Of a stretch of 54,743 nucleotides of DNA, positions 27,648 through 37,564 are shown in pieces (within the stretch, counting starts at the first letter, position 1; the number at the start of each line of letters is the position of its first letter). Origin of the DNA: an uncultured Pseudomonadales bacterium (GTDB taxonomy: Bacteria > Patescibacteriota > Microgenomatia > UBA1400 > PJMF01). A model generated the notes under the pieces. It saw only the letters and a program-made list of their open reading frames with translations. It did no database searches and was not told where the DNA came from. The stretch is from the NCBI GenBank assembly GCA_964494905.1, contig CAZBTU010000004.1:1-54743 (forward strand). Reading direction: 5' to 3'. Both the position numbers and the translations under genes were made by a program.

Positions 27648-28382
27648 GTGAACGTACTCCATTATACCTCGAGAGTTACTGATTTGTCCATGTGAAAATG
27701 CCATTCCATGTACCTCGGCAGTGCCGCTACAGCGTAGCACTTGTGCGCAACTCTCAAGTGTCGCTCCAGTAGAAACCACATCGTCTATTAGGAGAACTTT
27801 GGCGCCTTGGAGCTGAGTAGCTAGTATCTCGGGATTATGTGCAAAAGCTTGTGAGAGATTGTGCCACCGTTCTTGCCCGGAAGTTTGTTGAGCTTGGGCT
27901 TTGGTATGGTGAGTTTTGATTAGCGCCTCGAGGACTGGTATGGAACTCAAGTGACTGAGTGTTTTGGTGATGACAGATGCTTGATTATAGCCACGTTCGC
28001 GAAAGCGTTCTCGGGAAAGTGGTACTGGAACAAGAAAATCGACTTTGGGTAACCAAGCATACCAATACACCATACGCCCTATTAAACTCCCGGCACCTTT
28101 GACACTGCCAAACTTCAGCGCGTGTACAATTGACTGGGCTGCTGGTCCGAACTCGGTAAGAGCGCGCACGGATGTGAGTGATGTTGTTTGAGGCAAGTGT
28201 AGCTCCGCAACAGAAAAATCGAGGCATTCAAGACAATCAGGACAAAAGAGGACACCCATTTTTTTGCAGTATAGGCAGAAAGTGGGATAAAAAAATTTAA
28301 GTAAAGTTGATCCTAATACAGAAAAAACATTCATCGTGCCATGAGTATACTTTTTATTTGGGACAAGAAACCGAACTATCAA
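27630..28382 (-). CDS. ComF-family phosphoribosyltransferase-like protein
   Basis: N-terminal Cys cluster 'CLYCKK…CPDCLECL' and the PRT motif 'VLLIDDVVSTGATL'. Confidence 0.8.
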   Translation of the reverse strand: MIVRFLVPNKKYTHGTMNVFSVLGSTLLKFFYPTFCLYCKKMGVLFCPDCLECLDFSVAELHLPQTTSLTSVRALTEFGPAAQSIVHALKFGSVKGAGSLIGRMVYWYAWLPKVDFLVPVPLSRERFRERGYNQASVITKTLSHLSSIPVLEALIKTHHTKAQAQQTSGQERWHNLSQAFAHNPEILATQLQGAKVLLIDDVVSTGATLESCAQVLRCSGTAEVHGMAFSHGQISNSRGIMEYVHGDVLH

Positions 28383-30064
28383 GGTACTGACTGAAGATTT
28401 CTGGACGTCTCAATGAACCGCTCCGCTTCCACTAAATTTTGAGGGTCAGGGTTTTGTGCCGACCACTCCTTTAAGACCTGGTTGGCATTCTCCCATTCTT
28501 TCTGTAAAACAAACAACTGGATTAGCTTAAAGTAAGCTGGTTCGAACTGTGCACTGAGCTTAAGTGCTTGCCTGTAGGATTCAATAGCTTTATCAATCTC
28601 TCCTTGTGCTGAGAGGGTATTTGCTAAGTTGTAGTGGATTTGCGGATAGATATTGCTTATTTCGAGTGCCTTCTGGTAGTGCTCAATTGCCTTGTTTTGT
28701 TCCCCTGTTTCTGCATAGGCCATTGCCAGATTATTGTGAACCCGAGCTGTTTGGCTGTACTGCAGAATGTGTGTATAAAGTCGGATTGGTGAGCTCCAAA
28801 TGAAGTTTTGTCGCCAACTGAGCAGCACTAAGCAGCCAAGTATGGCAGCCAAAAGAGCCAGCTTTAGCTGGCGTGAGAGAGTGAACGGAGTAAGTTTGAA
28901 CAGTGCATACCCGAGTAGGGAGAAACCAATCACAGGTGTGTAGAGCCAGTGTTCATAGAGCAGGCCATTAATCGGTAAAATTCCTGAAACAGGAGAAAGC
29001 ATAATTGCTACCCAGCCGAGTGCAAACCAGATCCAGGTTCTTTGACGCGAACGCCACTCAGAGTACCCTGCCGCGAGTAGTATAAGCACAGCGCTAATTG
29101 TCAAAATCGGCCAGGGTGACAAGAGCGTATGAACAAGTTCCGTACTTCGTTCCATGTGCAGCGGGTATGGAATGAGCAATATTTTGAGATAAATCCAGAG
29201 TATTTTGCTGAATGTGAGCATTCTAGTTTCAAGCTGCCCACTATATTGCGTATTTGCTTGATCATAGAAATCAAAACTATTGTGAAAGTTGAGAACTGTT
29301 GCCCGAAGCAAGAGATAGACGAAGGCTGAGACTATGCATGCGGTGAGTGTCGTCAGAAGTGCTGGTGTCAGGAATTTTTTCAAGCTGAACTTTGTGACTG
29401 TTGATGTTCGAGAGCTTAAGTAGAAAAAAACCGTGACCAAAGCGTGAAGTCCGAGCAGTGCGATTCCAATTTCTTTCGAAAGTATGCTGCACCAATATGT
29501 GGTGATAGTAATAATTACAAGGTGCCACTCTGAAAGAGTAACGTGAAGGTTGTAGAAGCGAAGTTCTACGTTTTTGCGACGCAACAGTTGTGTCAGTCCG
29601 ATCAAGCTCATGAAGCCAAAGACGGTATAAAGGGAGTCACCTCTAGAGTTGGCATACGTGACAGCTTCAGTTTGAACGGGGTGTGTGATGAAAATAGCTG
29701 CGATAGCAAAGGCAGCAAGAGGAGATAGTTTGAGTGCGCGTAAAAACAGCAGCAGAAGTGTTCCGGCAATACTGTGTAGCAGAAGGTTAGTTAGGTGGTA
29801 GCCAACAGGGTTAATTCCCCAAAATTGGAAGTCGATTGCGAAGCTCAGGCTGGTGAGTGGTCGATAGTAGTTACTGACTTCTCCGGCACCGGCAATCGTG
29901 TTCTCAGTCAACAATTTTTTTAGTTCGAACTGGCGGACATAGGAGTTGTTATAAATAAACTGCTCATCATCCCACACCAACTGATTTTTGATGAATGGCA
30001 AATAAATGAGTAGGCTCAATAGCCAAAGTACTAAACACATGCGGGTAATGCTGAATGAGGACAT
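28379..30064 (-). CDS. polytopic membrane protein with C-terminal TPR repeats (GT-C/PMT- or TMTC-like glycosyltransferase)
   Basis: About 10 TM segments followed by TPR-like repeats ('AMAYAETGEQNKAIEHYQKALEI', 'LANTLSAQGEIDKAIESYRQALKL'). Confidence 0.65.
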   Translation of the reverse strand: MSSFSITRMCLVLWLLSLLIYLPFIKNQLVWDDEQFIYNNSYVRQFELKKLLTENTIAGAGEVSNYYRPLTSLSFAIDFQFWGINPVGYHLTNLLLHSIAGTLLLLFLRALKLSPLAAFAIAAIFITHPVQTEAVTYANSRGDSLYTVFGFMSLIGLTQLLRRKNVELRFYNLHVTLSEWHLVIITITTYWCSILSKEIGIALLGLHALVTVFFYLSSRTSTVTKFSLKKFLTPALLTTLTACIVSAFVYLLLRATVLNFHNSFDFYDQANTQYSGQLETRMLTFSKILWIYLKILLIPYPLHMERSTELVHTLLSPWPILTISAVLILLAAGYSEWRSRQRTWIWFALGWVAIMLSPVSGILPINGLLYEHWLYTPVIGFSLLGYALFKLTPFTLSRQLKLALLAAILGCLVLLSWRQNFIWSSPIRLYTHILQYSQTARVHNNLAMAYAETGEQNKAIEHYQKALEISNIYPQIHYNLANTLSAQGEIDKAIESYRQALKLSAQFEPAYFKLIQLFVLQKEWENANQVLKEWSAQNPDPQNLVEAERFIETSRNLQSVP

Positions 30065-30175
30065 GATTGGAGTATAATACCCAGATTAACGTCGCAACAC
30101 TAGAACTCATTTGCTGAGAAAGTTGTGTTGCGCACTTGTTCATTAAAATTCTGCTGAATCTTGTGAGGTGAAACT

Positions 30176-30886
30176 ATGGAAAAAGCAGTGAAGAAGAAGG
30201 CAAGAGAGCCAATTGCTGATCCGGCTCGGTTGCTTGACATTCCTGACTTCAATTCAGTCGTAGGTTTGGGACCACAGTACGTTGTGACCACAGCGCTGGG
30301 GTGGGGAGCGGTGATGCTAGTTGGTGCTGCATTTATCAACACTGCGAACATCACTAGCCCATATCTCATAGCTGCGATTCTTCTGTTTGCGGGCTGTGGG
30401 ATAGCCGTTTGTTTGCGAACAGAGCAACTGGTGTGGAAGTTGGTGACAGGCTTGATCGCTTGGCTGACGTTGGGTAGCATGTTTGGGTTGATAGCGAAAC
30501 AGTTGGCGCCGGAATTAGTATTTATAATTCTGGGCACAGTGATGTTGCTCCATGCAGGCTGGGCTGTGGCTGGCTTTAGTACTCAAATGGATACTGGTGG
30601 ATTGTCACAGCTGCTCATGATTGTGTTTGCAGGAATTTTTGTGGTGAGAATAGTCACTCCTTTGCTGGCACCGGTTGGTGACCCAACAATGGGAGGCTTG
30701 ACGGTTTTGGCTGATATGTGCCTAGTAATGGTTAGTGCACTTCTAACCTTTGCCGATTTTAGTGACATACGAGAAAAGTCTCTTCCACTTGTATCGGCAG
30801 TCAAGGTTGGAACAGAAGTCGCACTCAATGCAGCTGCCACCAGTACCATCATCATGTTGCTTGCACGGTCGGTTATAGTTCCTTGA
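30176..30886 (+). CDS. polytopic membrane protein, unknown function
   Basis: GAGGTGA SD, about 6-7 hydrophobic helices, followed by a strong terminator. Confidence 0.6.
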   Translation: MEKAVKKKAREPIADPARLLDIPDFNSVVGLGPQYVVTTALGWGAVMLVGAAFINTANITSPYLIAAILLFAGCGIAVCLRTEQLVWKLVTGLIAWLTLGSMFGLIAKQLAPELVFIILGTVMLLHAGWAVAGFSTQMDTGGLSQLLMIVFAGIFVVRIVTPLLAPVGDPTMGGLTVLADMCLVMVSALLTFADFSDIREKSLPLVSAVKVGTEVALNAAATSTIIMLLARSVIVP

Positions 30887-30922
30887 GTAGCTTTGTAGCG
30901 AGAAAGCAAGGGCAGAGTATAT

Positions 30923-30971
30923 ACTTCCTTAGTTTATTGTGGATTACCGCACTAGACTAAGGAAGTTTTTT
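30923..30971 (+). terminator. rho-independent terminator
   Basis: 11-bp stem ACTTCCTTAGT / ACTAAGGAAGT followed by TTTTTT. Confidence 0.7.
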
Positions 30972-31003
30972 GTTACCAGGTGGCAAAGTTAGTGAATCAA
31001 AAA

Positions 31004-31031
31004 AGCCTCAGTTTTAAGGCTGAGGCTTTTT
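31004..31031. terminator. bidirectional terminator (serves tRNA-Val/dus on the minus strand)
   Basis: AAAAA-GCCTCAG-loop-CTGAGGC-TTTTT. Confidence 0.75.
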
Positions 31032-31072
31032 CTGTTATTCGGTTTATTTGGCTTACGTGGTTCACTTGGGTG

Positions 31073-31148
31073 TGGTGGTCGATACAGGACTCGAACCTGT
31101 GACATCTGCAATGTGAATGCAGCGCTCTACCAACTGAGCTAATCGACC
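31073..31148 (-). tRNA. tRNA-Val (anticodon CAC), CCA encoded
   Basis: The reverse complement folds as a cloverleaf: GGUCGAU acceptor, GCUC/GAGC D-stem, CUGCA-UUCACAU-UGCAG anticodon arm, ACAGG-UUCGAGU-CCUGU T-arm, ACCA end. Confidence 0.92.
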
Positions 31149-31215
31149 AAGTCTGATGTGAACAGCGGTCAAAAATTAATCGAGATGGCTAGTATAGCAT
31201 GTGACATCGATCATT

Positions 31216-32289
31216 TTATAGTAAACCATGTCTCGCGAAGACCACCGCGGCTTCTTGGCTATTAGTAGTTTTGAAAAGCTCGATACGTATTTGGCTAGCG
31301 TCATGAATTGACGAAACATACCATCCTAAATGTTTTCGCATAGGAAGGAAGTTATAATACGAACTGTCTTGATAAGTTCTCTCAAATAACTCAGCATGCT
31401 CAACAGCTATCTGTGCTTTTAGCTTGCTCAGTCGAAAAATATCTGACTCATTTTCCAGAGAAAAGACGAACGGATTGCCAAAAGATGCTCTTCCCAGAAG
31501 TGCGCCGTTTGTTTGATATTGAGCAATTTTTGAAAGTGCATCAGACCTCGATTCAAGATCTCCATTTCCCAACAAAAGTGTCGATGTTTTTCGAGTCAAC
31601 TCAGCAGCTTGTCCAATCAGTTCCCAACTCGCTTCGCCGCTGTAGTGTTGCTTGAGCGTTCGCCCGTGAAGCGCAATAGCAGAGATTTCTGTTTCAAGTA
31701 GTGCACTGATCCAGTCATACACCACGGGTGCATCGAACCCAACTCTGGTTTTCACACTCACTGGTATTGGTCTAGGCTGCTGGTATTGTTGAGGTAAGAG
31801 ACTTTGTCTTTGTGATACTGTTTGGCAGATTTCACTAGTTATAGCTGTGCAATTAGATGGCTTCATACCGTTCTGCCAGTCTTCAATCCCAGCGAATACT
31901 GCTTGTATGATCTGTTGCGCGAGCAAGGGCGTCTTTATGAGTGCTGCTCCAGCACCTGAATGCGCAACATTTTTGGCAGGACATCCCATGTTAATATCAA
32001 TTCCATCAAACCCCAGCTCGCAAAGTACGACGGCGGTCTGCCTGAAAAAATCTGGTGTTGTTCCATATACTTGAGCTATTACTGGTCGTTGTGACTCATC
32101 AAAGAGAAAATCTTTGAGCAGGCGTGTTGCGCCATGACAAACTCCTTCAACGCTGGTGAACTCTGTGTACACCAAGTCTGGTTTGCCGTACTTCTTCTGA
32201 ATAAAGCGATAAGGATGATCTGTCACACCGTCCATGGGTGACAGTCCTATGATGGGCTGGTTAAGTTGTTGCCAAAAGGACTGGGTCAT
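31216..32289 (-). CDS. tRNA-dihydrouridine synthase
   Basis: 'LSPMDGVTDHPYR', 'DINMGCPAKNV', 'ALHGRT' are Dus-family motifs. Confidence 0.85.
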   Translation of the reverse strand: MTQSFWQQLNQPIIGLSPMDGVTDHPYRFIQKKYGKPDLVYTEFTSVEGVCHGATRLLKDFLFDESQRPVIAQVYGTTPDFFRQTAVVLCELGFDGIDINMGCPAKNVAHSGAGAALIKTPLLAQQIIQAVFAGIEDWQNGMKPSNCTAITSEICQTVSQRQSLLPQQYQQPRPIPVSVKTRVGFDAPVVYDWISALLETEISAIALHGRTLKQHYSGEASWELIGQAAELTRKTSTLLLGNGDLESRSDALSKIAQYQTNGALLGRASFGNPFVFSLENESDIFRLSKLKAQIAVEHAELFERTYQDSSYYNFLPMRKHLGWYVSSIHDASQIRIELFKTTNSQEAAVVFARHGLL

Positions 32290-32380
32290 GGTGGGTATTA
32301 TACCGTGCTGCTTTGTGACTGCTCTAGTTTAGTGGTGTACGTGTATCTGTATCAGAATTCGAGTCACAAAATCTCTAGTG

Positions 32381-34117
32381 CTACTCTATAGCAAGAAGTT
32401 GCTGGTGAAGATACTCTAATCCCAGAGATGTTGTGCCGACAGGTCGTTCAGAAAGAAACTGCTCGGTAAGACTGACATACCGGGACTTGTTTTGCTGATT
32501 GCTGGCAACAGAAAAAAGCTCTTGGAGTGCCCACCTAAGTGTTGGAGAAAGTTGGGTATCTCGTGAGAGTGGTTCTAGATCAAGCATTAACTCTTGGAAG
32601 TTGGTGAGTAACTTTGTTGTCATTTGGTTGTCGCCAACAGGATACGTAAGTAAAAAGCGTATGCCCAGTGGTCCAACCACATGTCGGATTATTTGTTGAT
32701 TGGTGAGTAGAGAGTATGAGTCATAGCCAAACAAGGAAGTCGCTGTGTAACCAAAAACTGGTTTGGAGAGATGGAGTGAGTATTGTGAGTTCAGTGGAAT
32801 CAGCTCTGTCATATTTCTTGGTGTCGATGTATGTGGGGCAGAGTCAGTACTTGAGTTAATAAAATCAATGCTGGTGACGCCAGCGTTATTTCCACTTTCA
32901 TCCGTGAAACGAACTGAAGTATCCTGATCGCTAATACTGAGTATCAGAGGATTGGGTGTAGTCGTAGGAACAAATGTCCGCACGGAAAGGGGTTGATGTG
33001 TTTGTTGGTTTAGCAGTGTGATCTGACCAAGTGGGTCGGCGATTCGAACATCGAACGGCTCGGTACTGACCAAACCCTGTCCAACCACAAAATGTCCAGG
33101 AAGCTGAAGAATGAATGGACGATGTGCGGTGAGTTCTGCTTGAACCGTGGCGTCAATATTTTCAACAGTTTTTCGATATGCCAGTAATGGTGTTCCGTAC
33201 CGATTATGACTAGCTTGGGCGACTCTGAGGGCAGCAGACCAACTAACCAGTCCTTCACCTACATATCCATCTGGTTGGTTTTGCAACCAGTGATTGAGTG
33301 AACCTGGGGTGAGAATTGTTTCATCAGGTAGGCGGCTAATACCATAGTGATTGAAAATCATGACTAATGAGGTCAGTGCACAACCCCATGCATCGATGCC
33401 GGTTTGGGTAGCCCAGGCATGGGCTGAATCATACTCATCAGTAGCCCATAAAGGGTCTGTCTGGTGAAGCTCGATTAATCCTAAGTCCTCGCTGGTGTAG
33501 GGGGTAACTACAACATTATCAATGAGAATTTCGGTGGGTGCGTCTGCTCCAGTTCCCGCCTTAAGACCAATACGTCCGTGTTGGCCAGTAAATGCTGGAT
33601 CAACTTCACTAGTTATTTGAAGTCCATCGATGAACAATTGAATCTGTGATTCCTGTAACCGTAGTTCGAGATGGTATTGTTTGTTTTGTTGAAAGATAAA
33701 TGGCTTGGTAACGCTCCAGACAACTTGACTGTTGCTGACGTGAACGAGTTCGTAAGCAAACTTTGAGAAATGGAACTCGTACCAGTTGTTAGTATCAAGA
33801 AAGTGAAACGAGATATTTTTATCACTTCCTCTCAAGGAAGTGAAGTCGAGTTCGTAGCGTATGTTTTGCCAATCTTCGTTCCAGTGTATGGCTTTCGGAA
33901 CCAGTTCCGTGAGCGAGAATGGGTTGTTGAGTTGGGCTTTGGCGGCATCTTGTTCAATAGTCCAGTTGCTGTTCGCACCTCTCACGAGTTCCCATTTTTC
34001 TAGTCCATTACTGAAGTCATCTTGGAACAGGATTGTTCGCCCATCTACTGATCTAGGGAATAGACAGTAGGTGCACCAAAGACTGATTGCTACTGTGATG
34101 CAGGTGTGGATTCGCAT
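32381..34117 (-). CDS. secreted protein: LamG/DUF1080-like N-domain plus peptidase-C39-like domain
   Basis: Signal peptide. 'LFQDDFSNGLEKWELV…WTI' resembles the start of DUF1080/LamG jelly-rolls. 'WGCALTSLVMIFNHYG' resembles the catalytic Cys region of C39-like peptidases. Confidence 0.6.
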   Translation of the reverse strand: MRIHTCITVAISLWCTYCLFPRSVDGRTILFQDDFSNGLEKWELVRGANSNWTIEQDAAKAQLNNPFSLTELVPKAIHWNEDWQNIRYELDFTSLRGSDKNISFHFLDTNNWYEFHFSKFAYELVHVSNSQVVWSVTKPFIFQQNKQYHLELRLQESQIQLFIDGLQITSEVDPAFTGQHGRIGLKAGTGADAPTEILIDNVVVTPYTSEDLGLIELHQTDPLWATDEYDSAHAWATQTGIDAWGCALTSLVMIFNHYGISRLPDETILTPGSLNHWLQNQPDGYVGEGLVSWSAALRVAQASHNRYGTPLLAYRKTVENIDATVQAELTAHRPFILQLPGHFVVGQGLVSTEPFDVRIADPLGQITLLNQQTHQPLSVRTFVPTTTPNPLILSISDQDTSVRFTDESGNNAGVTSIDFINSSTDSAPHTSTPRNMTELIPLNSQYSLHLSKPVFGYTATSLFGYDSYSLLTNQQIIRHVVGPLGIRFLLTYPVGDNQMTTKLLTNFQELMLDLEPLSRDTQLSPTLRWALQELFSVASNQQNKSRYVSLTEQFLSERPVGTTSLGLEYLHQQLLAIE

Positions 34118-34135
34118 ATGAGATAATGGCGGTCT

Positions 34136-34876
34136 ATGGTAAGTAGTTCACTAGTTAACTTCTATAACCGGTATCATCAAAAAAACGAGAAATACTCGTC
34201 TTTGATACGCAAAGGCAACTGTACTTATTGGTATATCCTCCAACTCTTACATAATCCAATATTGAGTTCTGCAATTAAGGGATCAGTTCTGGATGTTGGT
34301 ACCGGTGTGGGTACATTGGCGTTGTACCTCAGTCAATATGCACACTCTGTAGCTGCTATTGATGTCTCGGATCGGGCAGTATCCATTGCTCGACACGCTC
34401 AACGATGTCTGGATATAAAAAACGTTGAGTTTAAAAAGACTGAATTAAAAAATAAAATAGGACAGTTTGATTTAGTAATATGTTCAGAGGTTATTGAGCA
34501 TGTTGCGGATGATGCCAAACTGCTTATGCTGATGCGGAGCAACACGCGAAAGGGAGGATATCTAGTTCTCACATCACCCAGCAGGGCAAATATACTGTTT
34601 CGGTTGGGATACTACGCTCGTTTTGATACGGAGGTAGGACACCTGCGTCGCTACACTGAGCAGGAACTCACAACTCTGGTGACTGATGCTGGATACTCGG
34701 TAGTTTTAGTTCGATCAGTAGAAGGTCCGCTGCGCAACATGTTGTTTACCTCCAGATTAGGCATATTACTCAAACTTATTAAGGGACCGATTGTGCCGGC
34801 GTTTCATTGGCTTGATCAATTGAGTGCATGGCTTTTAGGTGCGAGTGATATTCAGATTATTGCGCAAGCCGTATAG
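34136..34876 (+). CDS. class I SAM-dependent methyltransferase
   Basis: Motif I 'VLDVGTGVGTLA' and 'DLVICSEVIEHV'. Confidence 0.75.
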   Translation: MVSSSLVNFYNRYHQKNEKYSSLIRKGNCTYWYILQLLHNPILSSAIKGSVLDVGTGVGTLALYLSQYAHSVAAIDVSDRAVSIARHAQRCLDIKNVEFKKTELKNKIGQFDLVICSEVIEHVADDAKLLMLMRSNTRKGGYLVLTSPSRANILFRLGYYARFDTEVGHLRRYTEQELTTLVTDAGYSVVLVRSVEGPLRNMLFTSRLGILLKLIKGPIVPAFHWLDQLSAWLLGASDIQIIAQAV

Positions 34877-34885
34877 GAAAAGTGT

Positions 34886-35911
34886 ATGAGGATAGTCCAT
34901 GTTTGTCGACTGTATGCACCACATATAGGCGGAGTTGAAACACACGTGGCAGCTGTGGCTCATGTGCAGGCACGACAAGGGCACCAAGTAACTATTGTAA
35001 CGACTCAACACGACTCATCTTTACCGTTAGAAGAAGTTGGACTTGATGGCATTCAAATTATCCGCTTGCCTTTGGACTCCAGCGAACAAAAACTTAAGAC
35101 ATGGTGGTGGATGCACCAGCATTCGGTTTTGTTTCGCAACGCAAATTTTTTACATGTGCATGATATTTTTTGGTGGATATTCTTCTTATTTTTAATATAT
35201 AGAGTAAATTTTTTAATTACGTTTCATGGTTGGGAAACGGTTTGGCCAGTACCGTTTTCCCATAAGCTGCATCGATGGATAGCTGCTCGATGTGCACGAA
35301 TCAAAGTGCACGTGGGCAGTTGGATTCAGAAGATTTACTGGGATGTTCCCGATGCGGTCCTGTATGGTGGTGTAGACAGGGAGCTTTTTAAGCTGCCGAA
35401 GCCCAAGCTCGGTCGAACCGTGCATATCATTTTTTTAGGGAGACTTGAACATGATACCGGTGTCTTGCAGTATTTGGAGTTACTGGCGGAACTAAAGAGG
35501 CAAAGGTTGGGTTACACTATGTTGTGGGTAGGTGATGGGAGTCTGCGTGGCCGATGCGAGCAAGTAGGAACAGTGACAGGACTGACTCGGAAGGTAGTCC
35601 AACACCTTCGGGTTTCGGATATTGTTTTTGCCAGCACTTACTTATCAATGTTGCAGGCTCAGGCTGCATCTCGGCTCGTAGTAAGTATGTACTCGAATGA
35701 TTTGAAAAAGAAGTATTTAGAAGCATATCCAGGTTCACAATACTGCATAATTACCGATAAACCTGATACCGGAGCTACCCAACTTCTATCGTTGTTATCA
35801 AAACCCGAACGACTACAATACATTCAAAATGAAGCGCGGCAGTTTGCCCGAACCCAAACGTGGGAATCAGTAACAGCAATTTACCAAAACTTATGGCAAC
35901 AATTCGTTTAA
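34886..35911 (+). CDS. glycosyltransferase (GT4-like)
   Basis: 'MRIVHVCRLYAPHIGGVETHV' is a typical GT4 N-terminus. GT-B size. Confidence 0.7.
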   Translation: MRIVHVCRLYAPHIGGVETHVAAVAHVQARQGHQVTIVTTQHDSSLPLEEVGLDGIQIIRLPLDSSEQKLKTWWWMHQHSVLFRNANFLHVHDIFWWIFFLFLIYRVNFLITFHGWETVWPVPFSHKLHRWIAARCARIKVHVGSWIQKIYWDVPDAVLYGGVDRELFKLPKPKLGRTVHIIFLGRLEHDTGVLQYLELLAELKRQRLGYTMLWVGDGSLRGRCEQVGTVTGLTRKVVQHLRVSDIVFASTYLSMLQAQAASRLVVSMYSNDLKKKYLEAYPGSQYCIITDKPDTGATQLLSLLSKPERLQYIQNEARQFARTQTWESVTAIYQNLWQQFV

Positions 35912-37563
35912 ATATTGGCAGTGGTGGTGATTATCGCTCGGGTTGGGTGAATATTGATGCGGTCGCGGCTTGTCAGCCGGATATTGTTCAGGACATCAGA
36001 AATAAGCTGCCGTTTGCAGATAGTAGCGTTGACGAGATACTGGCTCAGGATATCTTAGAACATCTCACTGCCCAGGAGCTGCCGAAAGTTTTGGAAGAAA
36101 TGAGCCGCGTCCTGAAGCCCGGTGGTCAGGTGACTGCTCGGGTGCCAAACCCTGATGCTATTATTGGAGAGTTCGCTGACGATAGGGAGGTTCGCAATCA
36201 ATTCCTCTATGGAAATACTGCTGAGACTGGCGTGTTTGGTGCACACAAACAAGGCTTTACGGAGATCACTTTGACAGCAGCATTTTTGAGTCAGGGTTTA
36301 GAGTTGTTGTCTCTAGAACAGATAACCACGAACTTTGTAGCCCAGTTTCGCAAGCAGCCGAGAAGTGTTGGGCAGATAAAAAAACTTGTACTAATTGTGC
36401 ACACACATTCATTAGGTGGGGCGGAAGTTTTCTTGGGCGATCTGTTGCAGGCATTGCAAGTACAAGGTATTTCTAGTTCAGTCTATACCACTGGCAAGCA
36501 AGCAGCTGAATTGTTCAAGAAGCTCAATTTGCCAGTTAGCCGGCTCAACCACCACTTAGATGTCATTGGAGATTGGAAGGGCTTACTTAAGTCAATTCTA
36601 TTGCTGCCGTTCTCAACACTTGAAACAATGCGAGTCCTAAAAAAAGAGAACAGTTCTGACATTATTCTCTTGTCAGGTTTTAGTGAAAAAATCTTAGTGT
36701 CGCCGATCGCATATTTTTTTCATATGCCTGTTGTTTGGATAGAGTTTGGTCCTCTTCATACAGTATTCTCGAAATTCTTTTTTTTGCCCAAGTTTTTATA
36801 TCGTCTGGTCAAAGAGATTCCTGAAAAGGTGATTGTCCCCACCAAACATACACTCGATTTATTGATACCGCAGACAAGATTATCATTAGCTCGATTAACA
36901 CAAATACCTTGTGGTCGCAGAATTGATAAAAAGTACCTAAAAACAAATAAAAAGAAAAAGAAGTCGAGTGCACTACGGATAATATGTGTCTCAAGGTTAG
37001 AATCGGGAAAAGGTCAGGATATTTTGATTCAAGCCATGCCAAGCGTATTGGCAGCTTTTCCATCTGCAAGACTGGATATAGTGGGTGTAGGCATGTTTCA
37101 GTTTGAACTTGAACAGCTGGTCAAAACATTGCAGTTAGAGCAGAGTGTACGATTTGTCGGTTTCGTACCGGACGCTTTAGCTGAGATACAAGCTGCGAAC
37201 GTGTTAGTCTTTCCATCAATTTGGGAACTTGAAGGGTTTGGGCTGACCATCACCGAAGCAATGGCCCTAGGGACACCAGTCATCGCATTCAAGTCTGGTC
37301 CTGTACCCGAGCTCATCACTCACGAAACAGGAGTTTTGGTTGAGGAGCGTACGCCAGAAGCACTTGCGAGTGCTCTGATTTCATTGTTGAGTGATTCCGA
37401 AAGGGCAGCGCAATTGGCACGACGAGCACAGCGGCGCTTTCTCGAAAGGTTCCAGATTTCAATGATTGCCGAACAGTACACAAAGGTCTTTTCTGAAGTG
37501 TTAGTGAGGAAAGCAAGTAAAGTGTTGTTACAAATCCGTGATGGGTCTAACACCCAAAGGTGA
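35893..37563 (+). CDS. fusion protein: methyltransferase-like N-domain plus group-1 glycosyltransferase
   Basis: N-terminal 'LNIGSGG…ILAQDILEHL…LKPGG' (Methyltransf_11-like). C-terminal 'EGFGLTITEAMALGTPVIA' (GT1 EX7E region). I prefer the ATG at 35893, which overlaps the upstream gene by 19 nt. Confidence 0.7.
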   Translation: MATIRLNIGSGGDYRSGWVNIDAVAACQPDIVQDIRNKLPFADSSVDEILAQDILEHLTAQELPKVLEEMSRVLKPGGQVTARVPNPDAIIGEFADDREVRNQFLYGNTAETGVFGAHKQGFTEITLTAAFLSQGLELLSLEQITTNFVAQFRKQPRSVGQIKKLVLIVHTHSLGGAEVFLGDLLQALQVQGISSSVYTTGKQAAELFKKLNLPVSRLNHHLDVIGDWKGLLKSILLLPFSTLETMRVLKKENSSDIILLSGFSEKILVSPIAYFFHMPVVWIEFGPLHTVFSKFFFLPKFLYRLVKEIPEKVIVPTKHTLDLLIPQTRLSLARLTQIPCGRRIDKKYLKTNKKKKKSSALRIICVSRLESGKGQDILIQAMPSVLAAFPSARLDIVGVGMFQFELEQLVKTLQLEQSVRFVGFVPDALAEIQAANVLVFPSIWELEGFGLTITEAMALGTPVIAFKSGPVPELITHETGVLVEERTPEALASALISLLSDSERAAQLARRAQRRFLERFQISMIAEQYTKVFSEVLVRKASKVLLQIRDGSNTQR

Positions 37564-37564
37564 T

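Noticed and set aside
30100-30537. A 145-aa minus-strand ORF.
   Set aside because: It is antisense to the membrane-protein CDS at 30176-30886, which has a good SD, a TM pattern and a terminator.
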